Assembly (NCBI GenBank): GCA_964583525.1
Contig: CAZOXD010000001.1
Span: 47,572-111,571, forward strand
Reading direction: 5' to 3'
Source: an uncultured Pseudomonadota bacterium
GTDB lineage: Bacteria; SAR324; JACQKK01
DNA: 64,000 nt
Part shown: positions 9,913 to 18,979 of the stretch, piece by piece
Position numbering within the stretch: the first letter of the stretch is position 1
Layout of the letters: every line of letters begins with the position of its first letter
Position numbers and translations under genes: made by a program
The notes under the pieces: generated by a model
What the model saw: the letters and a program-made list of their open reading frames with translations, nothing else
What the model was told of the DNA's origin: nothing
Database searches by the model: none

Positions 9913-12294
9913 TCAGGTCAGGCGCCCCGCGATCCTGGACAGATCCCCCATGGAGAGGATGCCGACGGGATGGCGGCGGTCCTCCGGCGATTCGGTCACC
10001 ACAAGCCGGTGCACCTGATGGGAGAGCATCTTGTTGACGGCCTCCTTGAGGGACTCCCCCGGCCAGGTGACGATCACGTCGCGTGTCATCAGGTGCCGGG
10101 GCAACAGGGCGGGCAACTCCATCCGCTCCACGGGGCTGAGCCGGGCGCGGGTCAAATCCGTGGTGGAAATGATGCCCTCCATTTCCTTGTTCTCGTTGGT
10201 GACCACCAGGGCGGAGACCTTCTGCTCGCTCATTTTCACCATCACTTCGGGGAGTGGTTGGTCCGCGCGGCATGTGATCACCCCCAGGTGCATGAACTCG
10301 CCCACGGTGTGGCCTGTAAAACGCTGCTGCTCCTCGTCCTCTGCCGCGGCCATCACGGATTGCGGAAGCTCCTTCACCTCGTGGAAGCCCCGTTGGACGC
10401 AACGCAGGTTGGCCATCACCACTTCCTCGGAGAGGCGGCCGAAGTATTTCCGCAGGGCCACTTCCGCCTGTTTCATCAACTCCTCGTCCTGCAGGTCTTG
10501 TTGTTCCCGGAAGGGCGCGCAGCGCAGGAAAACTCCCAGCAGGACGATTCCCTGCATGCGGATTTCCAGTTCCGGGAGGGGAGATTCCTGGCGTGCGATA
10601 CCGGCGGCATCCAGGTAGAACACCCGGGCCCCGGCCTGGCGCAGGCTTCTGCGGGAGGGCATGGGAAACTGCTTCCACAGCGCCGCCTCGCTTTCCGCCC
10701 CCTCCCCCGGCCACTGCACGAAGGCGATGCCCCGGTCACTCATTCCCTGGAACGGGTTGCCCATCTCCAGGGCGTTGATGGTGTTGATGGGCACGAATTC
10801 GGCGTGGTCCATCTCGCAGTGAGTGCGGATCGGGCTGTGGGCCAGGGTCAGGTAGTAATTGGTGGGCAGGCCCTTCTTCTCCGATCCGTAGCGGGGGTAG
10901 GCCTGCACGTGCAACCCGAACAATTCGGCGGATACGGTGGCGATCACCTTGTTGGTGGTCACCGATCCGAACCCCCCGATGGAATACCCACGCATGGAAA
11001 ACGCGCCCTCAGGGCGGAGATCGGGCGCTTCCGTGGCCTCCAGACTGGAGGGATGGGCGATGTTGAGGGTGAAAAAATCCTTCCGTCCTCCCTCCAGGGC
11101 CTCCACCAGCGCAATCAGGTCGGTGGTGCGCACGTCCCGGCTGCCCAGCCCGGCCGATCCGGAGAGAATTTCGGGAATCCGGTGGATCTGGGGATAGCCC
11201 GGGTGCCCGGTAAGCGCATCGAAAAACGAGGCCTTGAGTTCCGTGGTGAGCGGGTTGCTTTGGGCAATGGGATCGTCCATGCGCTCGATGACCGCCAAAG
11301 CCTTCACGTCCTTGAGCATTTCCACCAACTGGGGCCCGGGAAAAGGCCGAAAGGCCGTGGGGTGGACCACTCCGACCTTGATGCCCCGCTGCTCCCGCAG
11401 ATAATCGGCCACCACTTCCGCCGTTTCCGCGGTGCTGCCCAGCGCCACCAGGGCGTATTCCGCGCCGGCCATGCGATAGCCGTTGACCAGGCCATAGTGA
11501 CGCCCGGTGAGCCCGTGAAATTCTTCCATGGCCACTTCCAGCGCCATGGGCACTTGGCTGGTGTAGAAGCGCTGCGCGATCTTGCCCCGCATGTAGGCTT
11601 CCTGATTCTGCACCACGCCGGACATGATGCCATGCTCGGTATCGAATACGGGCCGCAGCCGCTCCCCGGGCGGTCCGATGTAACTGGCCATCAATTCCGG
11701 CTCGGGCAAGCGGATCGTCTCCAGGGTATGGGTGGTGAGGAACCCGTCCTGCACGTTCATGAAGGGGGTTTCCGTGGCCTCGGCGCAGCGCCGGGAAATC
11801 AGGCACAAGTCGGCGGCCTCCTGGGCGTTGCGGGCGAAGAGCATGCCCCACCCCACATCGGACACTCCCATCACGTCGTCATGGCCCGCATGGACGTTGA
11901 GCGCCTGGCTGGTCAAGGCCCGCGCGCCGATATTGAACACCACCGGAAGCCGCTTGCCGCTGATCACATAGAGTACTTCCTTCATCAGGATCAGGCCTTG
12001 GCCGGAGGTGAAGTTGGTCACACGGCCCCCGGCCAGGGCAAACCCCTCCGCGGCAGATGCTGAGGAATGTTCCGATTCGGCTTCCAGAAAGTGCAGGGTG
12101 TCTCCCCACAGGTTTTTCGCCCCGTTGGCGGCGGATTGGGCATATTGAACGCCCATGTTGGTGGAGGGTGTGATCGGAAAAGCGCAGGCGGCTTGGCTGA
12201 CGTGGGTTTCCACCCATACCACACCCCCAGTGCCATCGTCGGCCACCGGAATTCCGGGGAAGGGAGGCGGGGGCAGGTTGCGCTCTTCTTTCAT
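9913..12294 (-). CDS. Pyruvate:ferredoxin oxidoreductase, N-terminal subunit (domains I-IV) fused to a C-terminal CBS-domain pair
   Basis: PFOR domain I (AACAFPITPST...), transketolase-C-like domain II, domain III, then two CBS motifs (HTVGEFMHLGVITCRAD..., HLMTRDVIVTWPGESLKEAVNKMLSHQVHRLVVTE). Start MKEERNLPPPP chosen inside track ORF 9913..12345. Confidence 0.85.
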   Translation of the reverse strand: MKEERNLPPPPFPGIPVADDGTGGVVWVETHVSQAACAFPITPSTNMGVQYAQSAANGAKNLWGDTLHFLEAESEHSSASAAEGFALAGGRVTNFTSGQGLILMKEVLYVISGKRLPVVFNIGARALTSQALNVHAGHDDVMGVSDVGWGMLFARNAQEAADLCLISRRCAEATETPFMNVQDGFLTTHTLETIRLPEPELMASYIGPPGERLRPVFDTEHGIMSGVVQNQEAYMRGKIAQRFYTSQVPMALEVAMEEFHGLTGRHYGLVNGYRMAGAEYALVALGSTAETAEVVADYLREQRGIKVGVVHPTAFRPFPGPQLVEMLKDVKALAVIERMDDPIAQSNPLTTELKASFFDALTGHPGYPQIHRIPEILSGSAGLGSRDVRTTDLIALVEALEGGRKDFFTLNIAHPSSLEATEAPDLRPEGAFSMRGYSIGGFGSVTTNKVIATVSAELFGLHVQAYPRYGSEKKGLPTNYYLTLAHSPIRTHCEMDHAEFVPINTINALEMGNPFQGMSDRGIAFVQWPGEGAESEAALWKQFPMPSRRSLRQAGARVFYLDAAGIARQESPLPELEIRMQGIVLLGVFLRCAPFREQQDLQDEELMKQAEVALRKYFGRLSEEVVMANLRCVQRGFHEVKELPQSVMAAAEDEEQQRFTGHTVGEFMHLGVITCRADQPLPEVMVKMSEQKVSALVVTNENKEMEGIISTTDLTRARLSPVERMELPALLPRHLMTRDVIVTWPGESLKEAVNKMLSHQVHRLVVTESPEDRRHPVGILSMGDLSRIAGRLT

Positions 12295-12548
12295 GGACGA
12301 ATCCGCTGCGGAGAGTGATCCCGGGAGTCCAGGATTTCGCCCCATGCTAACCGGGGAAAACCGGTTCTGCCTTGATATACATCAAGTTGGACAGAGGCGC
12401 CGTCCACCCCCCGTGAATCCCGGATCGGCTCCCTGGGACGGAGCGAATGAACCGGGATATACCAAATTTCCGAAATCCTCCCTCAAGCATGCCAAAGATT
12501 TAAGCCTATTTGTCAGAAAAGGTCTTTCTCAAATCCCCTCGGATGTGA

Positions 12549-12704
12549 TCAGCAACTCGGTGACTTTCCCCCGTTTTTTCGGCTTCTTGGCGGCCGTGTA
12601 GGTGGTTTGCACCTCCTCGATCCGGAATCCGGAGAAGATCTCCCGCACTTCCGGGAGGATTCCGCGCAGATCCCTGAACTCCTCCCTTGCGCCCCCTCCC
12701 CTTC
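12549..12704 (-). pseudogene. Start-less C-terminal gene fragment (…EEFRDLRGILPEVREIFSGFRIEEVQTTYTAAKKPKKRGKVTELLITSEGI*) in the long non-coding stretch upstream of PFOR
   Basis: Manual translation gives a protein-like 50-aa reading frame bounded upstream by TAG with no plausible start. Could be a gene remnant at the prophage left junction. Not in the ORF track. Confidence 0.2.
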
Positions 12705-12932
12705 GAGCGTACTATCGAAATACCGCACACAACGCGGTGAAAGGAGGTGCGGCTTGACCAAGCTATTGATGCACCTCCCGTGAGTTGGAAGCCGTGAAAG
12801 TCGGCAATGACACCCGTAGCCTGAAAGCGTCAGCACCTCGTGCATTTTTGGTGGAGGGAGCCAAGCGTTTCCAGCCGCGCCCGGGAATTTGAAATAGGCG
12901 CCATCGCTGTACCACAACAGCGGTGAGAGGCT

Positions 12933-12966
12933 AAAAAAGCCCCGGTGAATAGCCGGGGCTTTTTCT
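12933..12966. terminator. Bidirectional rho-independent terminator (aaaaaa-gccccgg-tgaata-ccggggc-ttttt) downstream of the lipoprotein gene that closes the late arm
   Basis: Perfect 7-bp GC stem with an A-run upstream and a T-run downstream; read directly. Coordinates +/-2. Confidence 0.7.
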
Positions 12967-12985
12967 TGCGCTCCTCCCCTCCCTC

Positions 12986-13471
12986 CTATTCCACCAGCGT
13001 AAAGTAGACCACCGCGTCGCCGATCAGGGTCGCTCCATCGGCCTCGTAGAGCGATGCGGTCAGGGTGCGCGGGCCCAGGGGCATGTCACTGCATTGGCCT
13101 CCCACGGTGATCTCGAAGGCGTCCCCCGCCGCCACTGTGTAGGGCTGCACGGGCATGATCTCCCAGGTGTCCGCGCCGGCGCAGCCCGCATCGAATATCA
13201 TCCCGATCTGCACGTCCACGTCGAAGTCCAGGGGATTGCTGGCCTGGGTGGTGCCGTTGATGAGGATGCCCCGCGAGACATCCCCCAGCACGATCTCGAT
13301 GGTTTGCGTGGACATTCCTGCCAGGGCCGGGCAGTAGCCTCCCGCCCCCTCGTTGGCCACTTCCGCGCAGGTGATCCGCACCTCCCCGCCTCCGCTCCCT
13401 CCATCCCCTCCGCAGGCCGCCAGCAGCAGCGCCAGCAGGCCCGTCAGGGCCAGGATTCCCTGTTTTTTCAT
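12986..13471 (-). CDS. Lipoprotein (signal peptide + lipobox LLAAC), last gene of the prophage late arm
   Basis: MKKQGILALTGLLALLLAACGG...; AAGGAG RBS upstream; followed by a terminator. Confidence 0.7.
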   Translation of the reverse strand: MKKQGILALTGLLALLLAACGGDGGSGGGEVRITCAEVANEGAGGYCPALAGMSTQTIEIVLGDVSRGILINGTTQASNPLDFDVDVQIGMIFDAGCAGADTWEIMPVQPYTVAAGDAFEITVGGQCSDMPLGPRTLTASLYEADGATLIGDAVVYFTLVE

Positions 13472-13560
13472 GGCATCTCCTTGTATTTACGAGTTGGAGT
13501 GAATCTCCTTATTCTGCCATTCGTTGCCGGCTTGCGGATACCCTTCCTTGCGCCGTGTTC

Positions 13561-14448
13561 TCAGGCGCTGTTTTTCCAGCGCCCCTCCACGGTCATCACG
13601 CCGGCAGGCCCGGAGCGCGGCAGGGCCACGTTGTCCAGCCGCAACCAGTCCTCGTGCAGCAGCTCGTTGATGGATTCCCCCGCCTCGTGCAGTTCCAGCA
13701 GCAGCGCGGTCAGCGGCGCGACGGGATCCAGCAGCGCGACGGTCTTGCCGGTCAGGTCGTTTCCGATGAATGGGTGGGGAATCAGCCCCATGTCGGCCTG
13801 CTTGAGGGCTTGGGTGATCTCGATCTCGGCGTATTGCGGTTTCTCCAGCGCCTCCAGGTAAGCCGCGATCTCCCCGGGCGTGGCCGTCTCCGGGTCGGGC
13901 CGCGGAACGGACACAAGTTCAGTGCGGAAGGCCCGTCCCCCTTCACGACGCGTGGGCATTATTCTGGTGGGGCCGTTGAGCGCCCACGGCGGCTCCGGAG
14001 CGCAGTACACCGCCTCGATTTCGCCCAAGGAGTTCACCAGCGCGAAGATGAAAAGCGGAACCTCCCCGTCCCCAATATCGTAGGGCGGCGAGGCCTGGAT
14101 ATAGAGCTGCTGGGCGTAGACGGTGTTGGTAGTGGCATTGTAAAGGCCGATGATGGTGGCGTAGGAGGTCGTCAGGCTTCCAGCGCCCTGTCTTACGATT
14201 TGGGCGTCGGCAGCCCCCGCCACATTTTTTTTGACCTGCGGATAAAACCCGTACTCTCCACCAGGAAGGGTCAGGTTGGCAGAGCTACTTGTCGACACCT
14301 CCCCCGTGGCCGTGCTCAATCCAGCTTGCACCACGTTCGGCGCCCCGGAATCACCGTTGGCCAGGGCTGTCAGGTTATCGAAGAGCTGCGTCATCTTGAG
14401 GGATGTGAGCTTGCTCCCGAAGGCGAAACTGAGCGCTGTCCAGGCCAT
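13561..14448 (-). CDS. Phage distal tail / fibre-like hypothetical protein
   Basis: 295-aa ORF at the distal end of the tail module; identified by position only. Confidence 0.45.
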   Translation of the reverse strand: MAWTALSFAFGSKLTSLKMTQLFDNLTALANGDSGAPNVVQAGLSTATGEVSTSSSANLTLPGGEYGFYPQVKKNVAGAADAQIVRQGAGSLTTSYATIIGLYNATTNTVYAQQLYIQASPPYDIGDGEVPLFIFALVNSLGEIEAVYCAPEPPWALNGPTRIMPTRREGGRAFRTELVSVPRPDPETATPGEIAAYLEALEKPQYAEIEITQALKQADMGLIPHPFIGNDLTGKTVALLDPVAPLTALLLELHEAGESINELLHEDWLRLDNVALPRSGPAGVMTVEGRWKNSA

Positions 14449-14660
14449 TATTCACCTCCCTGGGCGTATTTCCGTTTTCTCCGATCGATAAAAGCCGCTG
14501 CCACCCCCAAATCCTCCGGACACAGGGTGGGGTTTTCCGCGCCATCCAGCGCGATCCCCCGCAGTTCGCCCCAGCCCGGGAATCCCGCGTCCGGCTGCTT
14601 TTCCTTTTCCTCTTCGCCGCAAACGTCGCAGCGGATCGTTCTCAATATCGGCATTCCCAC
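14448..14660 (-). CDS. Small Cys-containing hypothetical phage protein
   Basis: 70 aa with CDVCGEE...C; fills the gap between tail genes. Confidence 0.35.
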   Translation of the reverse strand: MGMPILRTIRCDVCGEEEKEKQPDAGFPGWGELRGIALDGAENPTLCPEDLGVAAAFIDRRKRKYAQGGE

Positions 14661-14745
14661 CTCCTGTTGGTTGTTTTGCAGTTCCTATCCGCGTTTATCG
14701 GCGTTCATCGGCGGTTCTAATGCTGTTGTTTTTCGCAGTTTCAAT

Positions 14746-15939
14746 TCACAGGAGCCGCCCCGGCCCGTCGTCCAGAATCCCGAACAAGTCGTCGTCCAGG
14801 ATGAAGTCCTGATAGATCTGCGAGCCGTCCACCTGGATCGCCGAGCGGCCCCGATCCAGGTCGATCTCGTAGCCCATCACCCGCCAGGTGAAGGATGAGT
14901 TCACCCCGAGGTACCCGTCCACGATGCGCACCGTCTCCCCGATCTGCCGGGCCAGCGGCGTCAGCGCGCCCTCGATGCGGTATTTCTCGTAGGGGCTTGA
15001 AGCGAAGTCCACCAGCCGCTCGGCCAGGTTCTGCGCGGTGGCGCTGCTCACGTACCAGATGCTCTCGTCGCGCTCCACCTCCTCGCGCAGCCCGAAGGAG
15101 TTCACGGATGCGATATTGACGCCGAAGGTGGCGATGGTGTGATAACGCGAATCCACGTCGTAGGCGGCATAGACCCACTGCTTGTTGACTATCGCCTGAT
15201 CGTCGATCTCCAGCGTGATCCCCATGGCTGTGTCGTCGTCGATCAGCGTCTCGTGGGAATCGGCCTCGGCGAAGCGGAAGAACCCCAGCTTGTTGTTCTC
15301 CACAAAGATGGCTGAATTGGTGACCCGCCCCAGCCGCCGCAGGGCGTCGTTGACCTTCACCCCGTCGAAGCGCGCCTTCATGAAGACGTTGTCGCCGCTC
15401 CACACCCCGGCCCATGTCTCGAAGCTGGGGTAATCGATGTCCTCGTTGGCCGCGTCGCGGGAATCCACCAGGCCCCCATAGCAGGTGACCAGCGTCCAGG
15501 CGATCTCGGAGGGCAGGTAATCGGTATCGGTGAAGGTCACCGGCTCGTCCGAGGTGCCCACCACGGCTTCGGCGAAGTCCTTGATCTTGTCCAGCATCTG
15601 CAGGTTGACCAGCCCGCGCGAGTATTTCACCTTGTCCACCCGCCCCGTGAAGACGTCGATCAGCTCGTCCCCGGAATCGGGGTGCGTGAACCCGATGCTT
15701 ACCTTGCACTCGCTGCGCAGGTGGGTCTTGTCGTCCTTGAAAAAATTGATCTCCTGATCCTCGTTGCTCAGGTCGATCGACAACGCCACGGGCCGGATAT
15801 CGTTCCAACTGCGGGCCAGCCGCGGCCAGCGCAGCACCCGGCCGGAATAATCCGAATCCCCGATGGTGAAGACCCGCTTGGGCGCAGAGGTCTTCTCCGC
15901 CGTCTGATCCACAAACCACGATGTCACCTGGTAGGCCAT
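14746..15939 (-). CDS. Phage tail protein (distal tail / tip candidate)
   Basis: 397-aa ORF downstream of tape measure and the 117-aa gene; positional assignment. Confidence 0.5.
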   Translation of the reverse strand: MAYQVTSWFVDQTAEKTSAPKRVFTIGDSDYSGRVLRWPRLARSWNDIRPVALSIDLSNEDQEINFFKDDKTHLRSECKVSIGFTHPDSGDELIDVFTGRVDKVKYSRGLVNLQMLDKIKDFAEAVVGTSDEPVTFTDTDYLPSEIAWTLVTCYGGLVDSRDAANEDIDYPSFETWAGVWSGDNVFMKARFDGVKVNDALRRLGRVTNSAIFVENNKLGFFRFAEADSHETLIDDDTAMGITLEIDDQAIVNKQWVYAAYDVDSRYHTIATFGVNIASVNSFGLREEVERDESIWYVSSATAQNLAERLVDFASSPYEKYRIEGALTPLARQIGETVRIVDGYLGVNSSFTWRVMGYEIDLDRGRSAIQVDGSQIYQDFILDDDLFGILDDGPGRLL

Positions 15940-15950
15940 ATTTTAATATC

Positions 15951-16016
15951 CGGGCGGGCTTGCCCGCCTCCTGCCCTCCCCTCTCCGTTTGCGGAGAGGG
16001 GCAGGGGGGTGAGGTT
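15951..16016. repeat. Conserved structured intergenic element, copy A (gggcttgccc hairpin + cccctctcc-gtttgc-ggagagggg hairpin + ggggggtgaggtt)
   Basis: Near-identical to a second copy at 21620-21683; both sit in ~75-nt intercistronic gaps of the late operon. Read directly. Confidence 0.6.
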
Positions 16017-16368
16017 AGTACGTCTCCAGCTCGATCACGCCCTCGTAGAGATCGTCATGGGGCTTGATGAAGCGCCCGAAAGGCAGCCGCGAATTGACGA
16101 TCTGCACCGAGTTCACCGTGGCGTCGGAGGTGTTCATGAAGAGCAGCTTGGTGTTGGAGTCCCACCAGGAATTGACCGCCCAGGCGTCCGCCGAATCGAT
16201 GAAGCGCGCCGTGAACTTCCAGCGCTCGTAGCCGCCCCAGCGGTAGCGGAACATCGCTCCGGAGCGCACCCGGTGGGCGTCCTCCACCTTCACGTTCTCC
16301 TGCAAGAAATCCCATTCGGGCTCGAAGCTCACCGAATTGGCGCTGTCCACAAAGAGATCCCAGGGCAT
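16015..16368 (-). CDS. Hypothetical phage tail-associated protein
   Basis: 117-aa ORF immediately downstream of tape measure. Confidence 0.45.
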   Translation of the reverse strand: MPWDLFVDSANSVSFEPEWDFLQENVKVEDAHRVRSGAMFRYRWGGYERWKFTARFIDSADAWAVNSWWDSNTKLLFMNTSDATVNSVQIVNSRLPFGRFIKPHDDLYEGVIELETY

Positions 16369-16369
16369 C

Positions 16370-18352
16370 TCAGACCCCTCCCCGGCCGCGCTGGGCGAAG
16401 TTGGGCCTCACGCCGCTGCGATCCAGGTTGTCCAGCGCCTTGATGATGGGCCCGGCCACGATCTCGCGCATGTCGCGGTCGTCCATCCGCATCAGGGTGT
16501 CGAAGTTGGTGGCGTTCTCCAGAATGTGGACGTTGAGGTTTTCAACGGTGATGGATGAGCCTCCCCCGCCCCCCTGTCCCCGCAGGAAGGCCGTCAAGTC
16601 CCGGTTTTGCAGGGGGGAGAGCACCCTTTCCCCCTGTTGCAGCAGGAAGGTCTGCTCGGCGGGCACGCTGGTCAATCCTCCATGCGCCGCGGGCGGCTTC
16701 TGCTTGGAGATCATCGCCGCGTTGGCCAGGCCCTGCGCCACGGCCGCGGCCGCCAGCACGTAGCTCAGCGGGGGCGGCGCGCTCGCCAGCGCCTTGGTGG
16801 CCGCCAGATAGGTGGCGATGATGGTCTGCCCGTAGGCCAGCGCCTTGTAGAGCTTGAAGGTCTTGGCCCCGCTCACCCGCGCCAGCGCCGCGAAGCCCCG
16901 CAGCGCCGTCTGGCTCTGCGCCAGCCGCGCATCCAGCGCCGCTTTTTCGATCTCCAGGATGGCCCGGTTGTGATCCTCGATGACGGCCTGTTCCAGGGAG
17001 TGGTTGCCCGCCGCCGTTTCCATGCGGCGCTGGAACTGCTCGTTTTCCAATACGAGCCGCCGATCGAAGTCCGTGACCATGTTCTCGAAGGCGATCTGGC
17101 GCATCAGGTCTTGTTGCTCCAGGTTGCGCTGCGCCGCAGCGGCTTCCATGGCTTCCACGAACCCGGCGAATTCGCCTTGTTTCGCCAGGACTTCATTCTG
17201 GTATTGCTCCAGCCGGGCCAAGCGGGAATCGTTGGCCTGCTGCTCGATGAGGGCGGCTAAGTGCGCGAAACTGGATGCCTCGGCGGCCAGTTCCGCATTG
17301 GTCTGGGCGGTGGCGGCGATCCTGGCGCGCTCGGCATCCACCCAGGACTGCACCCGCTCTTCGGCCACCCGCACCTCATGGGCGAGCAGCCCGTCCGCCA
17401 TTTTCTGTTGCGCCTCCAGCGCCGCCTTGCTGACGAGCGTGACCTGCGCCTGTTTGGCCGCGACCGCCCCCAGCGTTCCCCCAAAGTCGCTGTAGGCCAT
17501 GTCCGCTTCCCGCGTGGCCTGGGCGTTCTCGCGCAGGGTATCAATCCCGGCCCGCATCAGCCGGTAGGCCGCCGCGGTGGGGGGAAACCATTTCAGCCAG
17601 GCGTCCAGCCAGGACAGGATTTCATCCCGGTGCTCGCGGTAGAGGAACACGCCGTCCTCCATCACCTTGAAAAGCTCGGTGAGGGCGGGAATCACCTCGT
17701 CCGCTGTCTCCTTGCTCAACCCCCCCAGGGCGCTGTTGAGGCCCAGCAGGGCGTCGTTGAAGCGCGACGCGGCCTCGGCGTCGTCGGTGCCGATGACGAT
17801 TCCCAGCCGTTCGGCTTCCTCCCCCGCCTTTTTGAAGCCCGCCGCGCCTTGCGTCATGGTCTGCAAGAGCGCCACGCCCTCGGAATCGAACAGCTTGAAG
17901 GCCAGGCGCACCTTGTCGCTGTTGCTTTCCACGCCGTGCAGGGCCTCGGCGAAGGTGCGCAATTGCTCGTCGGGGGTCATCCGGCCCAGCTTCTCCGCGT
18001 CCAGGCCCAGCTCCCGGATGGCGTCCTTGGCCTCGCCGGTGCCCACGGCGGCCTCCCCCACGCGGCGCGTCATGCGCTGCAGGGCCATGTCCAGCGTAGC
18101 CGTGGCCACCCCGGAAAGCCGGGCCTGGAAGTGCAGCTTGCTCAGCTCCTCGGTGGTCAGCCCCAAGCGCTGCGAGGTCTTCAGCGCGGCGTCCTCGGAC
18201 TTGGCGAACCTGTTGGCGAGAGCGAACACAGCCGCACCCGCCGCCGTGGCCGCGGCCGCTACCAGCGTGATCTGCCCGCGCAGGCCCGAGAAGCCTTTGG
18301 AGAACTCGTCGCGCGCCCGCAGCGAGAATTCGATTGTGTTGCCCAGCGCCAT
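16370..18352 (-). CDS. Tail tape measure protein
   Basis: 660 aa, Ala/Gln-rich coiled-coil repeats (LEQQDLMRQIAFENM...) and a hydrophobic C-terminal region; sits after the chaperone and frameshift pair. Confidence 0.8.
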   Translation of the reverse strand: MALGNTIEFSLRARDEFSKGFSGLRGQITLVAAAATAAGAAVFALANRFAKSEDAALKTSQRLGLTTEELSKLHFQARLSGVATATLDMALQRMTRRVGEAAVGTGEAKDAIRELGLDAEKLGRMTPDEQLRTFAEALHGVESNSDKVRLAFKLFDSEGVALLQTMTQGAAGFKKAGEEAERLGIVIGTDDAEAASRFNDALLGLNSALGGLSKETADEVIPALTELFKVMEDGVFLYREHRDEILSWLDAWLKWFPPTAAAYRLMRAGIDTLRENAQATREADMAYSDFGGTLGAVAAKQAQVTLVSKAALEAQQKMADGLLAHEVRVAEERVQSWVDAERARIAATAQTNAELAAEASSFAHLAALIEQQANDSRLARLEQYQNEVLAKQGEFAGFVEAMEAAAAQRNLEQQDLMRQIAFENMVTDFDRRLVLENEQFQRRMETAAGNHSLEQAVIEDHNRAILEIEKAALDARLAQSQTALRGFAALARVSGAKTFKLYKALAYGQTIIATYLAATKALASAPPPLSYVLAAAAVAQGLANAAMISKQKPPAAHGGLTSVPAEQTFLLQQGERVLSPLQNRDLTAFLRGQGGGGGSSITVENLNVHILENATNFDTLMRMDDRDMREIVAGPIIKALDNLDRSGVRPNFAQRGRGGV

Positions 18353-18933
18353 CTACTTCCTCTCCTTGGAGACCTGATCGGAGATCAGACCGAACATTTC
18401 CACCGTGAGATTTTCCTGCGCCGGATACCCGCCCGGCACGGGCCAGTCGTTGCGCGTCATGCTTCCGCCGTCTCCGGGGGAGTGGCAGTGCCGCCAGGCA
18501 TCCCACCAGACTGCGAAGGGGTGTCCTCCAACGACGATTCGCTCCTTTTGCCGGAGTCCGCCGCAGACTCTTGCGACAGCGTTGCGGACTTTTTTGCCGT
18601 TTCATCCCCCAACAACGATTCCTCGATCAGCAGGGCTCCCATTTTGTCGACGAGGTTGTTGAAGTAGGAATGCGTCAGCATCTGATCCAGCGTGGCTTCC
18701 CGGCCGCCGATGGTCAGCCCGTGGAATTCCGTCACATAATCAGGGAGGATCGCCGCGACTCCCTGCACCGAATCCAGGAACACCTGGTACACGCTTTGCC
18801 CCTCCTCCCTCACCAGTCCCATGGATGGGGCCAGCTTGATCTGATCGGCCCGCGTGAGGCGCTTCATGCGCCCGGTGACCACGTCCCCGTCGAACTCGAT
18901 CCGAAACTCGAAGTCCGGTGTGAATGCGCTCAT
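18353..18933 (-). CDS. Predicted -1 frameshift fusion product of the tail chaperone (GT-like), extended ~80 aa and stopping exactly at the tape-measure start
   Basis: -1 frame downstream of A_AAA_AAG reads VRNAVARVCGG...MTRNDWPVPGGYPAQENLTVEMFGLISDQVSKERK* and ends with TAG immediately before the ATG of the tape measure (manual translation). Confidence 0.45.
18457..18933 (-). CDS. Tail assembly chaperone (G-like) ending in a low-complexity tail that contains the slippery site
   Basis: 158 aa between the tail tube and tape measure; contains ...ETAKKSATLSQ... encoded by gca aaa aag. Confidence 0.55.
   Translation of the reverse strand: MSAFTPDFEFRIEFDGDVVTGRMKRLTRADQIKLAPSMGLVREEGQSVYQVFLDSVQGVAAILPDYVTEFHGLTIGGREATLDQMLTHSYFNNLVDKMGALLIEESLLGDETAKKSATLSQESAADSGKRSESSLEDTPSQSGGMPGGTATPPETAEA
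18589..18595 (-). other. Canonical -1 programmed ribosomal frameshift heptamer A_AAA_AAG in the tail chaperone gene
   Basis: Minus-strand gca aaa aag (plus strand ctttttt g) in the zero frame; position fixed from track coordinates (K114-K115 of the 158-aa ORF). Confidence 0.55.
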
Positions 18934-18979
18934 CGTTCCTCACTGTAATTGAGGGTGAAATATTGCACGGTCTGTTGCG

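Noticed and set aside
9214-12063. 949-aa plus-strand ORF (and many other 100-800 aa ORFs such as 644..1951+, 4513..6723+, 28327..30873+, 44330..45895-, 21591..23045+, 699..1310-)
   Set aside because: Arg/Gly/Pro-rich, low-complexity translations lying antisense or out of frame to well-supported genes. They are expected artefacts of ~65% GC DNA, which lacks stop codons in the alternate frames.
12700-12930. Possible structured ncRNA (RNase P RNA, riboswitch, tmRNA, SRP RNA) in the 640-bp non-coding stretch upstream of PFOR
   Set aside because: I could not match any conserved core motifs of these RNA families by eye. Only generic GC-rich stems were seen. Left as an unassigned non-coding region.
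13482-13530. TGTATTTACGAGTTGGAGTGAATC resembling the Mu left-end start (TGTATTGATTCACTTG...)
   Set aside because: It lies 10 bp upstream of the lipoprotein start codon and contains that gene's AAGGAG RBS. No matching inverted copy was found at the right junction, so it is probably a chance resemblance.
17622-18605. 327-aa R-rich minus-strand ORF considered as a +2/-1 frameshift product of the tail chaperone
   Set aside because: It is the wrong frame for A_AAA_AAG slippage. The true -1 frame is the other one, which ends at the tape-measure start. This frame runs 320 codons through the tape-measure gene with an implausible Arg-rich composition.
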